Shown piece by piece: positions 25,270 to 37,720 of a stretch of DNA of 64,000 nucleotides. The notes under the pieces were generated by a model. It worked only from the letters and a program-made list of their open reading frames with translations, was not told the origin of the DNA and did no database searches. The stretch's first letter is position 1. Each line of letters begins with the position of its first letter. A program made the position numbers and the translations under genes. This DNA is from Torpedo marmorata (lineage: Eukaryota): NCBI GenBank assembly GCA_977017645.1, contig OZ360252.1:18414001-18478000 (forward strand). Reading direction: 5' to 3'.

Positions 25270-27834
25270 CATTTTTTAAAAAGATGTTGCATTTTCCCAT
25301 TTGCAGGATCAGATTTACAAGCAGGTTTGCTGCAAAGAAAATTAAATGGGGCATTACTTCATCAGGCTGCAAGGTAAAAAATAAAATATTTCTTAGATGG
25401 AGTTCAAGAAAACATTTGCAGCTGCAGTATGTTTAATGACGGGTGCATTGACCTGATTATCCGTCTTGGTAACACAAAGGGACGAAAATAATGCAGCATT
25501 GATTTGTTGAAATAGTACTGGTGGTGAAACAGACTGCGTCAAAAATATTGTGCGCCCGATGCATAAAAAGTTAAATGCTCATCGCTTTCAGATATTGAGG
25601 AGTATCCCAGTCTGCTGAGGAGCGGTGTAATTTCAGAGCAGTGTAATTATACCAAGGCATTTATGATGAAAAACTTCATAACTTCTGTCTCTATTAAACT
25701 GTTACAATAAATGGGAACTAAAACACAGGCTGGCATATCCCTGAACGAGTCTGTATGGCACAATAACTGCAAATGGCTGAGTACCAAATCGGGTAAAGGG
25801 TGGTTGGACCTCTCCACCAGACATAGATTTGACACCAAATGTATTTTGTTACATTTTTCCCACGACCACATACTATGCTGTCAGACCAAGCGGTAAATCC
25901 AGGAAATTCTCTAATTGACATGGAACATACGTGCACAGACAAACAAGTTATACCAATTGCAGTGCCATGTATAACGATGGCGATAAGAATAAAATGGAAT
26001 ATCTATGTTCGGATGGAAACCAGCGATGAATACTCGACTAAAGAGAAGGTGGAAGCTGAACAGCAGTGTACATGTCAGTTTGGTCTATCTAAAAATTGCA
26101 ACAACGTTCTCATTCTCATTAATCTGCATACAATCTGCACAAAAGGTACAGTGTTTTTAATCTGCATGTTTTAACCTCAGTTGTCTGCTTACATATGTCA
26201 ATGAGCTAATGAGGCTGTGGATCCCTTCATTGTGATCCCATTCAGCTTCTGTGGATGAGGGTATAAAGCTGAGGAGAGGCAGGTCACAGAGACACGTGGC
26301 CTAATCTGAGTATTGGCAAGCAAGGCTCAAGCATTTAATATCCTGGTCTTGTTCACAAGCTGCCCTGTAGCTTCCTGCATTCTGCAAAGAGTCCAAATAT
26401 ATGCAGTGCATTTTGCTTTCTCCTCCAATTCCCACAGTAACCAGACAGACAGATGCATTCAGCCCAATTTCTGGGAAGGTCCAGAGAAAAAAAAGCACTG
26501 GGGATTCCTGTACCATAAGACTGAAGCTGGGCGGGACGGTTTCAAAGTAGAAACTCAAGGACAGTTCGATGTGGACAGCGAATACTGGTCTTCAAAGTGA
26601 CACCATTATCTTGTTAATGATTTAAGTATAAGAAATCTGCTGAGCCTCCAACATACAGGACCTGTCTACTGTCAGCATATTGTGAATATTTTAAATTTCG
26701 CAGACTCATGTAAATGCTGCAATAGTTTGGGGACTCTCTCACATGTGCGGTCCCTGCTATTTATCTTCAAAGTTACTTCCCGACAGATATCTGTAAATAA
26801 CACAAACACCGATACCTCCGGAAGTACTCACCTAGTATTTGGTTTGGTTACAGCTGTGATTATGCCTGAAGTTCTGGGCATAACACCACAGAAAGAATGC
26901 AATGGCACCGGACAGGATGCAGAGAATAAACACCCGGGGGTAAGATGGGTACGAATGTTTCCGTGACGAGGAGAGTGGGCACAGACTGTTTGTACATCCT
27001 TGGAGCAGAGGAGCTGGGCAGGAACAATATAGGTTTCTACAACATTACCGATGGTAGATCATAACAAGCCTGTTCTCCATAGCAAAGGTGTCTGTGAACA
27101 GTCAGTGTACCATGAACATGTGGTCCATGTTAATCACCTCGAGAAGCATTGCAACATGAAAGGCATGGCCTGGGCAGAGTGAACGGCGAAGGTTGCGTCG
27201 CCACAACACTTTACATGTATCGGATGGAGTACGTGAATTACCAATGAGTGGTCGGCAATGCGCCAAGTGCTGGTAAATGGGATAAGTTGAGATGTGTTCT
27301 TGATGGTCGACATTGACGTGTTGGGGGCATAGGACCTGCTTCTGGGTTGTAGCACCCCATTACTAGATAATTGCTTTATCGGTGACTTTGAATTTATATC
27401 AACATCTGACCATTGGGCAGTGAACATGGTTTTTCCCAGTCCAGATCTTCACATTTGTTCTACTTTAATGTCCTTTCAGCGTTCATGCCAGGCTTTAAAA
27501 TAGGAGGGCCTGAGGGGAGATTTGAACAAGCCAGTTTGCTACGTAATCTACTGGACAACGGGGGTTGGTAACAATAGAATGTAAAAGGAACGGAGAAGGC
27601 ACTTTCCAGATTGAATGGGATCACATGAACACATACCAACACTCAACTCGGAAAGCGCTCGTTGCTTTCTACCGGAATAAGGATTCGGTCGGTCAAAGGA
27701 ATTCCCTCATCTGCATTTATTACGCATAATTGTTCAGATTTGCATGGAATTTTAGCTTCTTTCAAATTCAAATCAAGGAAGTTATTATTTAATGCCATGT
27801 ATCTTCAACAATGATAAATCATTCTCGAGACCTC

Positions 27835-28245
27835 ACATCTTCACTGCCCCCCTCTGCCCTTCGACGCAACAAGGACAGGATTCCTCTTCTCCTCACCTAC
27901 CACCCGCCAATCTCCGACACCTACATCTACATCCCTTCCCCAGTCACATCTTACTCTCTTCTCCTCTCTCCGACTCCCGCTGGGACCTCTCCCTCCGGGA
28001 CCCCTTCGTCCACGCATCCCTTCCCACTAATCGCAAACCCCAAGTTACCAACCCCTGTACCCGGAGGAACTGCTATACTTGCGTCCACATTTCGTCCGTC
28101 ACCAACATTTGGGACCCCAAACAGTCCTTCCAAGTGAAATAACATTTCACTAGTGAGTCGGCAGGGGTCACCGATTGCATCCGGTGCCCCCGTTGTGGAC
28201 TCTTCCGCATCACAGAGACTGGACGCAAATTAGGAGATCATTTCG
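27835..28245 (+). mobile_element. Penelope-like ORF fragment (linker to GIY-YIG)
   Basis: NKDRIPLLLTYHP, then a CxxxxCxxC motif and GPKQSFQVK; decayed. Confidence 0.8.
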
Positions 28246-29224
28246 TCCAGAGGGCTTTAATATTTAATTCTCCATTTTCCATTAGGTCCCATGAGACATA
28301 CAGAACAGAAAGAGGCTGTACGTCCCGACGAATATCCACAAACCAGCAACACACAATAAGGTAATTAATCCTATTGTTGTTTCTCCATCATTCTCATCGA
28401 CTCCACACATATTCTGCAACTCAACCACACAAAATAGAAAATTTATAGTGTCAGCTAACCTACCATAACGCTCGTCTTTGGGACGTGGGGAGAAAGCTGG
28501 GCACCCAGAAAAAAAACACAGGGCCACACGGAGAGCGTGCAAAATCCGCACAGATAATAGCTGAGGGCAAGACTGAACCCTGCTCTCTAGGAAATTAAAA
28601 AGGCGACTCTGCATGTTGACCAAAATTTTTATCAGCGTCCTTTGTTTAGTTATTTGTTGAACGAAGGTGATATTCGCTCCTCATATTATGGACATAATGA
28701 CGGTGAAAGGGAGTCTCGAGTGGATGTAAACACTCCCAATCAATAGTCCCTTTTCCATTTTAGAGGCCTCAGTAAATATTGTAATGATTACCCAGATTAG
28801 CTTCATTAGGGAAACCGATGCGTATTAGTGTCAAAATCCAACAGTTGGTCTCACCCGTCGGGAATCCACATACTGTTGCATTGTTGGCAGGTTAAGGGCA
28901 CATGTGATAGAAATTGAATGGAAAACAGGGAGTATCCCTGTGCAATTAATATTTTGCACAATGACTTGGCATGATAAACCGAGTCCTCTCAGATGGATGT
29001 AAATAATACCATACAATATTCCTTTTACCCCTTTTTGTAGGCAGGGCAGCTGGAGATTTTACAATCATCACACAAATTGGCTGTTTTGGGGAATTAATGG
29101 CATTTCGTGTTAAAAATCCTGCAACTGATTTCAGCCTTGGTAACCCAGATGCTGTTCAATGGTTGGCCACGAGAGGGCAATGTAGAGCGTCAGTGCCGAA
29201 TTCGAAAGGCAGTCGTTTCCGAGT

Positions 29225-30903
29225 TAAAAACACCAAAATGCTGGAAGAACTCAGCCGGTCTTTCCAGCATCTATAGCGGACAAAGGTTTATTGCCGACGT
29301 TTCGGGACTGAGCCCTTCTTCAAGTAAAAATCAGGATAAGGAAGAGGAAGGAAGTCTCAGAAAGTCTCAGAATTCAAACAATGGGGGAGGAACCTATACC
29401 AACAAAAGGTGTTAATTGGATGAGATAAGGGTCTAGGTAAGAATTTATTCAAGTCTGTGCGAAAGGAGACAGGGAATTGAGACACGACGGGGAAAGAAGG
29501 GCGTGGGGGTTTTTTAACGAAAGCCAGAGAAGTCCATATTAATGCCATCAGGGTGGAGGGTTCCTGATCAGAAGATGAGGCGTTGTTCCTCCAATTTAGG
29601 GGTGGTCTCAGTCTGGCAGTGCATGAGACCATGGACAGACATGTCGGCAAGGCAATGGGATGGAGAATTGAAATGGGTGGCCACTGGGAGACCCACGCTA
29701 TTGCGGTGGACAGAGCTGAGCAGCTCAAAAAAGCGATCTCCCAGTCCGCATCCAGTCTCTTCGATGTAGAGGAGACCACAACGGGAGCACTGGATGAAGT
29801 AGATGACCCCTGCAGATACACAAGTGAAATGTTGCATCACTTTGAAGGACTGTTTGGGGCCCCGAATGGTGGTGATGGAGGAAGTGTGGGCGCAAGTGGA
29901 GCATCTCCTGCAGACACAGGGGTAGGTCCCAAGGGCACGATTGGTGGGAAGGGAGGAGTGGAAATGGGAGTAACGGAGGGAGCGGCCCTGCGGAAGGCAG
30001 AGAGGTGAGGAGAATATGTGTCCAGCGGTCGGATCATGTAGTAGGTGACGGAAATGGCGGAGAATGATGTGTTGGATGCGGAGGCTGGTGTGGTGGTTGG
30101 TGAGGACAAGGGGAATCCTGTCCTTACTGCGCGTGGGGACGGAGGGGGCCAGGGCAGATTGCGGGTAATGGAGCATATGCGTGTGAGTGCCGCGTTGATG
30201 GTAGTAGAGGGAAAGCCACGTTGTTTGAAGAAAGAGGACATCTCTAATGATATGGCACCGAAATCCTCATTCTGGAGGCAGATGCGACTGAGACGGAGGA
30301 ATTGAGAGAATGGACTCCTCTACATCGGAGAGACTGGACGCAGACTGGGAGAACTCTTTATTGAGCACCTCCACTCTGTCCGCCGCAAAAGCGTGGATAT
30401 CCCAGTAGCCACCCATTTCAATTCTCCATCCCATTCCCTTGCTGACATGTCTGTCCATGGTCTCATGCACTGCCAGACTGAAACCACCCGTAAATTGGAG
30501 GAACAACACCTCATCTTCCGACTGGGCACCCTCCAACTGAATGGCATTAATATCGACTTCTCTGACATTCGTTAGAAAAACCCAACTCCTTCTTCCCCCG
30601 ACGTCTCTCCATCCCCTGTCTCCTTTCGCACAGAAATGATAAATTCTAACCTAGACATTTATCAAATCCAATTAACACCTTTTGTTGGTCTGAATTCCTC
30701 CCCCATTGTTTGAATTCTGAGATTTTCTGAGACTTCCTTCTTCTGCCTTATTCTGATTTTTCCTTGAAGAATGGCTCAGGCCCGAAACGTCGGCAATATA
30801 TCTTTTTCTCCTGCAGATGCTGAAAAGACCGGCTGAGTTCCTCCAGCATTTCGGTGTGTTTATTACAATCACAGCGTCCGGAGCCTTTCGTGTTTCACTC
30901 TCA
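29225..30903. mobile_element. Penelope-like element with inverted structure (minus 29225-30306, plus 30310-30903)
   Basis: ORF 29568-30176 (KDRIPLVLT, GVIYFIQCSRCGLLYIEETG as the GIY-YIG region, LEEQRLIF). Both ends carry pLTRs, and the near-perfect TSD reads tcgtttccgagt / tcgtttacgagt. Confidence 0.9.
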
Positions 30904-30949
30904 TCGTTTACGAGTCAACCAGGAAAGTCTGTGGACGATTTGATTGTAC

Positions 30950-31770
30950 TGCAATGCACAAAGGTGCTGCAGAAACTCAGCAGGTCACGCGTCATCTGTA
31001 GGAAGTAAAGGGCAACCAACGTTTCGGGCCTGAGTCCTTCGTCAAGGAATAAGCAAAAGCAGGTAGGCGCCTGGATACAGAAAAAATATCGGGGCAGCAG
31101 AGGAGAGGAGGGAAGACGCGGCAGGGGAGGTGCTCAGGCTAACAGGCAAGAGGACGGAGGTGGTTATGGTTTGGAGGGCTGAAGAGAATACAGAGAAGTG
31201 ATGGAAGAAGTGGGGGACTCTCTGAATGGAGAGGGAAGGGGTGAGGAGCTGAAGGAAAGGAGACAGAGGGATATGGAAATAGAGAAGAGAGACTGGGGAA
31301 GGGACATAAAGCAAAACACAGACGTCAATATTGATGCCATCGGGTTGAAATGATCTCCTAATTTGCGTCCAGTCTCTCCGATGTGGAGGTCAGGATGTAG
31401 TCGATTACCCCTGCCGACTCACTAGTGAAGAGTTCTTTCACTTGGAAGGACTTCTTAGGGTCCCGAACGGTTGTGACAGACGAAGTGCTAACGCAAGGGT
31501 AGTATATCCTGCGGTCACAGGGGTAGGTACCTTGGGTTTTCGGATTAGTGGGAAAGGATGAGTGGACGAAGGGGTCTCGGAGGGAGAGGTCCCAGCTGAA
31601 GGTGGAGAGGGAAGAAGAGGGGATGATGTGTCTGTTGAAGGGGTCTAGTTGGAAGTGTCGGAAATTGCAGAGGATAATATGTTGGATGCGGAAGATCGTG
31701 GGTGGTAGGTGAGGAAAAGGGAAATCCACTGCTTGTTGCGTCTTAGGGCAGAGGGGGCCAGGGCAGATGT
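30950..31770 (-). mobile_element. Penelope-like fragment with pLTR
   Basis: ORF 31358-31729 (RIQHIILCNFRHFQLDP...SAGVI); pLTR with cgtttcgggcctgag. Confidence 0.8.
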
Positions 31771-32737
31771 GAGGCTTCGAGGATGATAAACCATTGTTGA
31801 AGATACAAAGCGTTAAATCATATCCTCTTCAATATGAAGTTAAAAGAAGCTAAAATTCAATATAAATCTGAATAATTATACTGAATAAATGCAGATGAGG
31901 GAATTCTTTTGACCGACCGATTTCCTTACACTACAGAAAGCATCGAGTGCATTCCCAATCCAGTGTTCATCCGTAGTGAATATGCAGCTGGTATCTGAGC
32001 TATCCTTCCCTGCTCCGCATTGCATGAGAGAGCGAATCGTTTGTCTACATAACCACAGTGCAGCGGTGATAGGTGAAGACCCAAGGTTGTGCCTGATGCC
32101 TCATTTTCTTCACTTGAAACAAATCCCAGGCCGTGTCTTACGTGAATATAATGCTATCCAGTCGCGTCATTGATCAGTGGGAATTCTTGTGCTGGTGGCA
32201 GACCCTGCCGCTTGCTGGTATTACGGATATTTCCACAATTACGGGAACAGTTACATTCCCAAAGACAGGTGCTTGAGGTGGAATTCAAGAACAAATTAAT
32301 TCCGGCATGATTATTTTGGTGGAACACGTTACCATGCGTCCTGGACACAATGCTAACCATTCCAACGGATGTTTCTCAACAATGAGGCCTGTTCGGATAA
32401 CAGTCTCGGAATTAGTATCGGTTCAGTGATTCATCTGGTGCAATGCAGACAAACGTTATTTGGAAAATCGTGGAGTGCAATGCACAAACGTGCTGGAGAA
32501 ACTCAGCAGGTCACACCTGACAAAGGACAGGGGCTCGAAACGTTGGTATCTTTTTAATATGTATGGATGTTGCGTGATCTGCTGAGTTGCTCCAGCACGT
32601 TTATGCATTGTAAACATCGTTAAGGATCAAGATGCACAATCAGTGCTCAACCTTCATAAACATTGGCTGCAAATGTGTAAAGAGGCGCATTGTGAATCCT
32701 TCTGTTAATTTATGGTCTACTTCAAGTACATTTTAAG

Positions 32738-32853
32738 GTGAGGATACAAGACACCCTCAATCATGGTTGCCGTATTCATCACCCTTGGGGCCATCCTCCT
32801 CGCTGAGCTAATGGCGCTGATGACGATAGTGCAGAGAAGGTCGGGGAGATGAG
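32738..32853 (+). pseudogene. Transmembrane exon of an SRCR-receptor pseudogene
   Basis: YKTPSIMVAVFITLGAILLAELMALMTIVQRRSGR* is hydrophobic followed by basic residues. It has an in-frame TGA, a broken donor (ttgagt) and a frame mismatch at the acceptor. Confidence 0.7.
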
Positions 32854-32982
32854 TTGAGTTTCAAAGTTCACGCTGCATTCTGATACTTAATTGTTCTTAA
32901 TTTATTCAAACTGATGTTTGTGGCACATTCGTAAAAAGTTTATCTGCGTTACAGTGAATAAGCGTCTCCCTCTCTTCCACAG

Positions 32983-33049
32983 GTGCAGTGATGCTCATCC
33001 GGTGCTTTTTACGAAGCAATTTATGAAGACATTGAGAACACCCTACCTG
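32983..33049 (+). pseudogene. Cytoplasmic exon with YEAIYEDI tyrosine motif, frameshifted
   Basis: Acceptor ctcttccacag and donor gtaag. FYEAIYEDIENTLP resembles the WC1/CD163-family YEE motif; the 67-bp length breaks phase. Confidence 0.75.
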
Positions 33050-33684
33050 GTAAGAATTTCAGTCATCCACAGGGTTCAGGTGTGTATTTGCATTTGACAT
33101 CTACTCTTCAACTGACAAGTATCGCACATACTTCTATAATCCACAAGTAGGAAGAAATAAAATTTGTAAACAAACATTGTGCTGGCTGGAAACAGGAGGC
33201 CCTCTCGCGTTTGAAGAGAGAAAATATTTATAAACCTTCACAATTCAATCTCATATTTGTATTATCACTCTAACCTTTCACCCCATTGAAGACAACCGCT
33301 CTATCTACTTATCCACCCACTTCCCTTATTCCCCGAATGTTTAAACTGCATTTAACACGCATTAATCCACTTCTGATGGAAGGATTCCGAACAGTTTTAA
33401 ACTCTGCCACTTCTTCCCGAATTATTTGTGATGACAATATCGAGCAGATGCGAACAAATATCAGGAATATTCCCACATCAAGGATGATCATGATAGTAAG
33501 ATTATTTCTGCATCCATCTTTGTGATCACACGTGCCATGTGGTACTTCTCCATAAATCAGCGGTCCTTTAAAATTGAGATTAAATCGATATTTAAGAATT
33601 TTCTCTTTTGCTCCAACCGCCCTGCCCTAATTGTCTGAGGACATCAATAGCATTAACATTCGAATGGATGTAATTCATATGCAC

Positions 33685-33880
33685 AATTGGCACGGTTGGC
33701 GTCGCGACCAATTGTGGAATCCGGCGATGTCTGTCGGAGTTTGTAATTTCTCGCCGTAACTTGCGTGGGTTTTCCCCGCGTGCTCCGGTTTACTCCCACC
33801 CTCCAAAACGTACGGGATGGGTCGGTTAATAAGGTGTAATTGGGGTGAAAGGGATGAAATGGCCGGAAAGAGCTTCTGCC
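33685..33880 (+). mobile_element. tRNA-derived SINE
   Basis: ggagtttgta...gcgtgggtttcccc...gctccggtttactcccaccctccaaa core; related copies at ~28350, ~37900, ~41030, ~43680 and ~50920. Confidence 0.7.
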
Positions 33881-33895
33881 CTAAAATAAAATCAC

Positions 33896-34885
33896 CAGAA
33901 TCAGAATCAGAATCAGAATTTATTGTCATGAACAAGTCATGAAATTCGGTGCTTTGCGGCAGCATCATAGTGCAATTAACATTCATATTAACCATTCTAA
34001 CGACATTACTATATAAAATTATAAACAATAGTGCACTAGTGTCTTTGGTTCATTGATTGTTCAGGAATCTGATGGCAGCGGGGAAGAAGCTGACCTTGTG
34101 CCGTTGAGTGCTCGTCTTTAGGCTCCTGTACCTTTTCCCCGATGGAAGCAGCGTGAAGAGGGCATGGCCTGGGTGGTGGGGGTCCTTGAGGATAGAGGCT
34201 GCTTTATTAAGACATCGCCTCATGTAGATGTCCTCGATGGAGTGAAGTTTGGTGCCCGTGATGTCACAAGCCGAGGTAACAACCTTCTGGAGTTTGCACT
34301 TGTCCTGGGAGTTGGCACCACCATACCAGGCAGTGATGCAACCAGCTAGAATGCTCTCCACGGTACACCTGTAGAAGTTCACAAGAGTCTTTGGCGACAT
34401 ACCGAATCTCCGCAATCGCCTCACAAAGTATAGCCGCTGACGAGCCTTCTTTGTGATTGAATCCACGTGGATGCTCCAGGACAGATCCTCGGAGATGTTG
34501 ACACCCAGGAATTTGAAGTTCTTGACCCTCTCCACGACTGAGCCCTCGATGAGGACTGGGTTGTGTTCCCCTGACTTCCTCCTGAAGTCCACAATCATCT
34601 CCTTGGTTTTACTGACGTTGAGCTCGAGGTTGTTGTCATTACACCATTCAATGAGCTGATCTATCTCCCTCCTGTACGCTTCCTCATTGCCGTTTGTGAT
34701 TCTGCCGACAACTGTGGTGTCATCGGCAAACTTGTATATGGCATTGGAATTGTGCCTGGCCTCACAGTCATGAGTGTATAGCGAGTAGAGCAGTGGGCTA
34801 AGCACACATCCTTGGGGTGCGCCTGTGTTGATAATCAGTGAGGAGGAGACGTTGTTTCCAATTCGTACTGACTGTGGTCTTCCCA
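33896..34885 (-). mobile_element. 5'-truncated Rex1/Babar LINE with an uninterrupted RT C-terminal frame
   Basis: NTGAPQGCVLSPLLYSLYTHDC, KFADDTT and LLPSGKRYRS motifs; tail aataaa(ttctga)n. Confidence 0.93.
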
Positions 34886-35041
34886 TTTTCATAAGCAAAC
34901 TGGGTTGTTGCATTGAATGGTATTCTGCAACTGTGTCGTGTGGCATTCCACGATCCTCATTGTTATAATAAAGCATTTGTGAATTCTGCCTCAATGCCCA
35001 AAATAATCTCCACATTACCTGTCAATTGCATTGACTTCTAG

Positions 35042-35133
35042 CCTCTGATTCCATTGATTTCATCAATCAAATTAAATATGACAGGAGCGACCCTTCGGAT
35101 GGTGCTTTTCTGGAGCTCATGGAAACAGTTCCC
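35042..35133 (+). pseudogene. Probable further cytoplasmic exon of the SRCR pseudogene (3' end uncertain)
   Basis: Acceptor ttgacttctag; phase-1 SDSIDFINQIKYDRSD, acidic and Ser-rich; lies between two other tail exons. Confidence 0.45.
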
Positions 35134-35594
35134 GTCTTAATGTTTTGACACTTATTCGGGGGAGGGGGGTTCCACTTTATATTATTTTACTTTATTCTGT
35201 TTGTTATCAACGTCTATTCCCGCACGTACGACGTGAAATAACAGAGAATAGAACGATTTTAAACATGGGTTTGTGTGAAGCCTGTGAACAGATTTGAACA
35301 TGAAACAAATGTCCGGAGTGTAGCCAGGTGTACAATGAAACGATGCAATGGCCATTATTTGTTTGATCAGAGTGCTTTGTAGGCATTGCAATATGAAATG
35401 AGCGTGCATTCTAAGTGCGCTGTTCATTCGTTATTATCCAGGAATCTGATCAACATATTTCCTCCGACAAACAGCGCATCACAAGAGAAAAGAAACAAAA
35501 AACGTTGCATCCTGCGAACAAAAGCTCGCTACTGAACAATGATTTACAGGAATGTCACTCTGTCTTGTCATTGACAATCTTTACGTCCTCCTAG

Positions 35595-35726
35595 ATCTGG
35601 ATCCTGCAGATTATGACCGCGCTGGCAGCAAAACCATTGATTCCCAAGACTGTCTGTTTCGGGTGGGCGATGGTGCTGATGATCCGCACATGCTCACGGT
35701 TGTCCACGGTGCCACCAACAACATTG
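35595..35726 (+). pseudogene. 132-bp cytoplasmic exon with DYD motif
   Basis: cctcctag acceptor, gtgcgt donor, phase 1/1 LDPADYDRAGSKTIDSQD...NNI; paralogous exon at 50093-50224. Confidence 0.7.
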
Positions 35727-35964
35727 GTGCGTTCAGTCTCCGTTAGACCCGCATTAGACAGTTCTCTGTGGGGGTCACGTGTTGCAGCAGAGCTGAGAAG
35801 ACGCGGGCCCGAGGGCTCCCCAGAAGAATCCAAACTAAAGCCTTTAAAAACGCCCAGACTCCCCTTCAAACTAGCTCAATAGCTATAATATGACCAGAAA
35901 ACGGAAAAATAAGCAAGGTAATTTAATCAACGACCATAACTCAGCGTCTGCAGCAGAAACCAGA

Positions 35965-37100
35965 CACCTGCCTTCCAAGTGAATCTACACTTCACTTGTA
36001 CATCAAGACAACTTATTTACTCCTTTTGTGGCTTTCTCTACATCGGTGAGACCGGTCGTAGATTGGGATATCGCTTCGCTGAGCACCTCCTCTCCGTCCG
36101 CAACAACAGCGACCTCCCAGTAGCCAACCATTTCAATTCCGGGTCACACTCCCACACTCACATGTCTGTCCATGGCCTTATGTACTATCCCACCCAGACT
36201 ACCCGCAAATTGGAGGAACAACATCTCATTTTCCGTCTGGGCACTCTCCAGCCAGATGGCATTAACATTGACTTTTCTGCTTTCCACTAAACCTGCTTGT
36301 CGTTTCCTTCCCCTCCCCCCTCACCTGTCCTTCCTGTTTTTTTCCACCCACCCAGCAATCCCTCCTCCCCTTCTTTGCTGCTGTCCCCTCCCTCATTTCT
36401 CCACCTATCATCTCCTGCCTTTGCCACCCCCCTTACCCCCTCACTCTTGTTCGAACGCCTGCCGGCATTTTCTCATAATTTGATGAAGGACTCAAGCCCG
36501 AAACGTCGGTTATGTATTTCTACCTTTGCTACATAAAATACACTGTTTGACCTGTTGAGTTTCTCCAGCATTTGTGTTTTTTACAATATCCATGCCGACA
36601 TGTCTGTCCATGGTGCCATGCACTGCCAGACTGAGAACTACCGCAAATTGAAGGAACATCGCCTGATATTCCGTCTGGGCACACTCCAACCAGATGGCAT
36701 TAACATCGATTTCTCCGGTTTCCGTTCGTCGCCCCGCCCCCACCAGTTTCCTCTTCCCCTTCCGTATGTCCCCTTACCTCCAGCGGTGTCTCTCCCTCTC
36801 TCTTTCCCTCTCCCTCTGATCTCCTTTCCTGCAGCTCTGCATTCACATGGTCACCCCCCTCGTCCGATCAGTTCTTCTCTTTCCTCTCCTGCCCTCCAAG
36901 TCCAATTATCGCCTTTTGCCTGTTGGCCTGTGCTCCTCCCCCTGCTATTTATTCTCTCCTCCACCAGCCTTTTTGTTCTGGCGCCTGCCTGCTTTTTGCT
37001 CTTGAAGGAGGGCTCAGTTCCGAAATGTTGGTTATATACCTTTATCTCCTATGGACGCTGCGTGACCTGTTGAGTACCTCCAGCATTTTTATGTTTTTAC
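35965..37100 (+). mobile_element. Two adjacent Penelope 3' ends (GIY-YIG C-terminus plus pLTR each)
   Basis: LYIGETGRRLGYRFAEH...KLEEQHLIFRLGTLQPDGINIDFS; a second unit starts at ~36590 with a different pLTR. Confidence 0.88.
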
Positions 37101-37309
37101 TTTGGATTGTACAATCCTCTTTTCATCGATATTTTTGAAATAGTTCTTCAAATCAAAAAAGAAATGCATTTAAATTCTTCCATGGATTATCATCTGAATT
37201 AAACGCTTACACTCTCATGCAAACTGAATTTGTGTTCATATTTTGTCATTGTTAAAAACAGAGGAAATTGATAGACGTTCTGCAATTTTCAATAAGCCTT
37301 CGCAATGAG

Positions 37310-37720
37310 ACAATAGATAATAGGAGCTGGAGTAGGCCCTTCGGCCCGTCGAGCCAGCACCGCCATTTTACAGATCATGGCTGATCACTACTATCAGTAC
37401 CCCTTTCCAGCCTTATCCCCATAACCCTTAACTCCCCTGCCCACTAGAGTCTTATCTAACTCTACTTTGAACATAATCAGCGAATCCGCCTCGACCAACC
37501 TCTGTGGCAAAGCATTCCACAGATTCACACTTCTCTGGGTAAAAATTTTATTCCTCATCTCCGTCCTAAAGGGTCTTCCCTGTATTCTTAAACTATGCCC
37601 TCTAGTCCTAGTCTCTCCCATCATTGGGAACAAGTAATCCGACTTCACCCTGTCTATCCCCTTGATAATCTTGTATACCTCAATCATGTCCCCCCTCATC
37701 CTTCTAAACTCTATCGGATA
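37310..37720 (-). mobile_element. CR1 LINE 3' end
   Basis: RGDMIEVYKIIKGIDRV...TRGHSLRI...LWNALP. Confidence 0.9.

Noticed and set aside
25300-25900. Possible decayed coding exon (IRLGN motif suggested a fucosyltransferase)
   Set aside because: Multiple stops in all frames and no further family motifs.
34886-35015. N-terminal part of the 321-aa ORF as a domesticated RT gene
   Set aside because: Chance read-through from flanking DNA into a 5'-truncated Rex1; RT homology starts at MGRPQSV.
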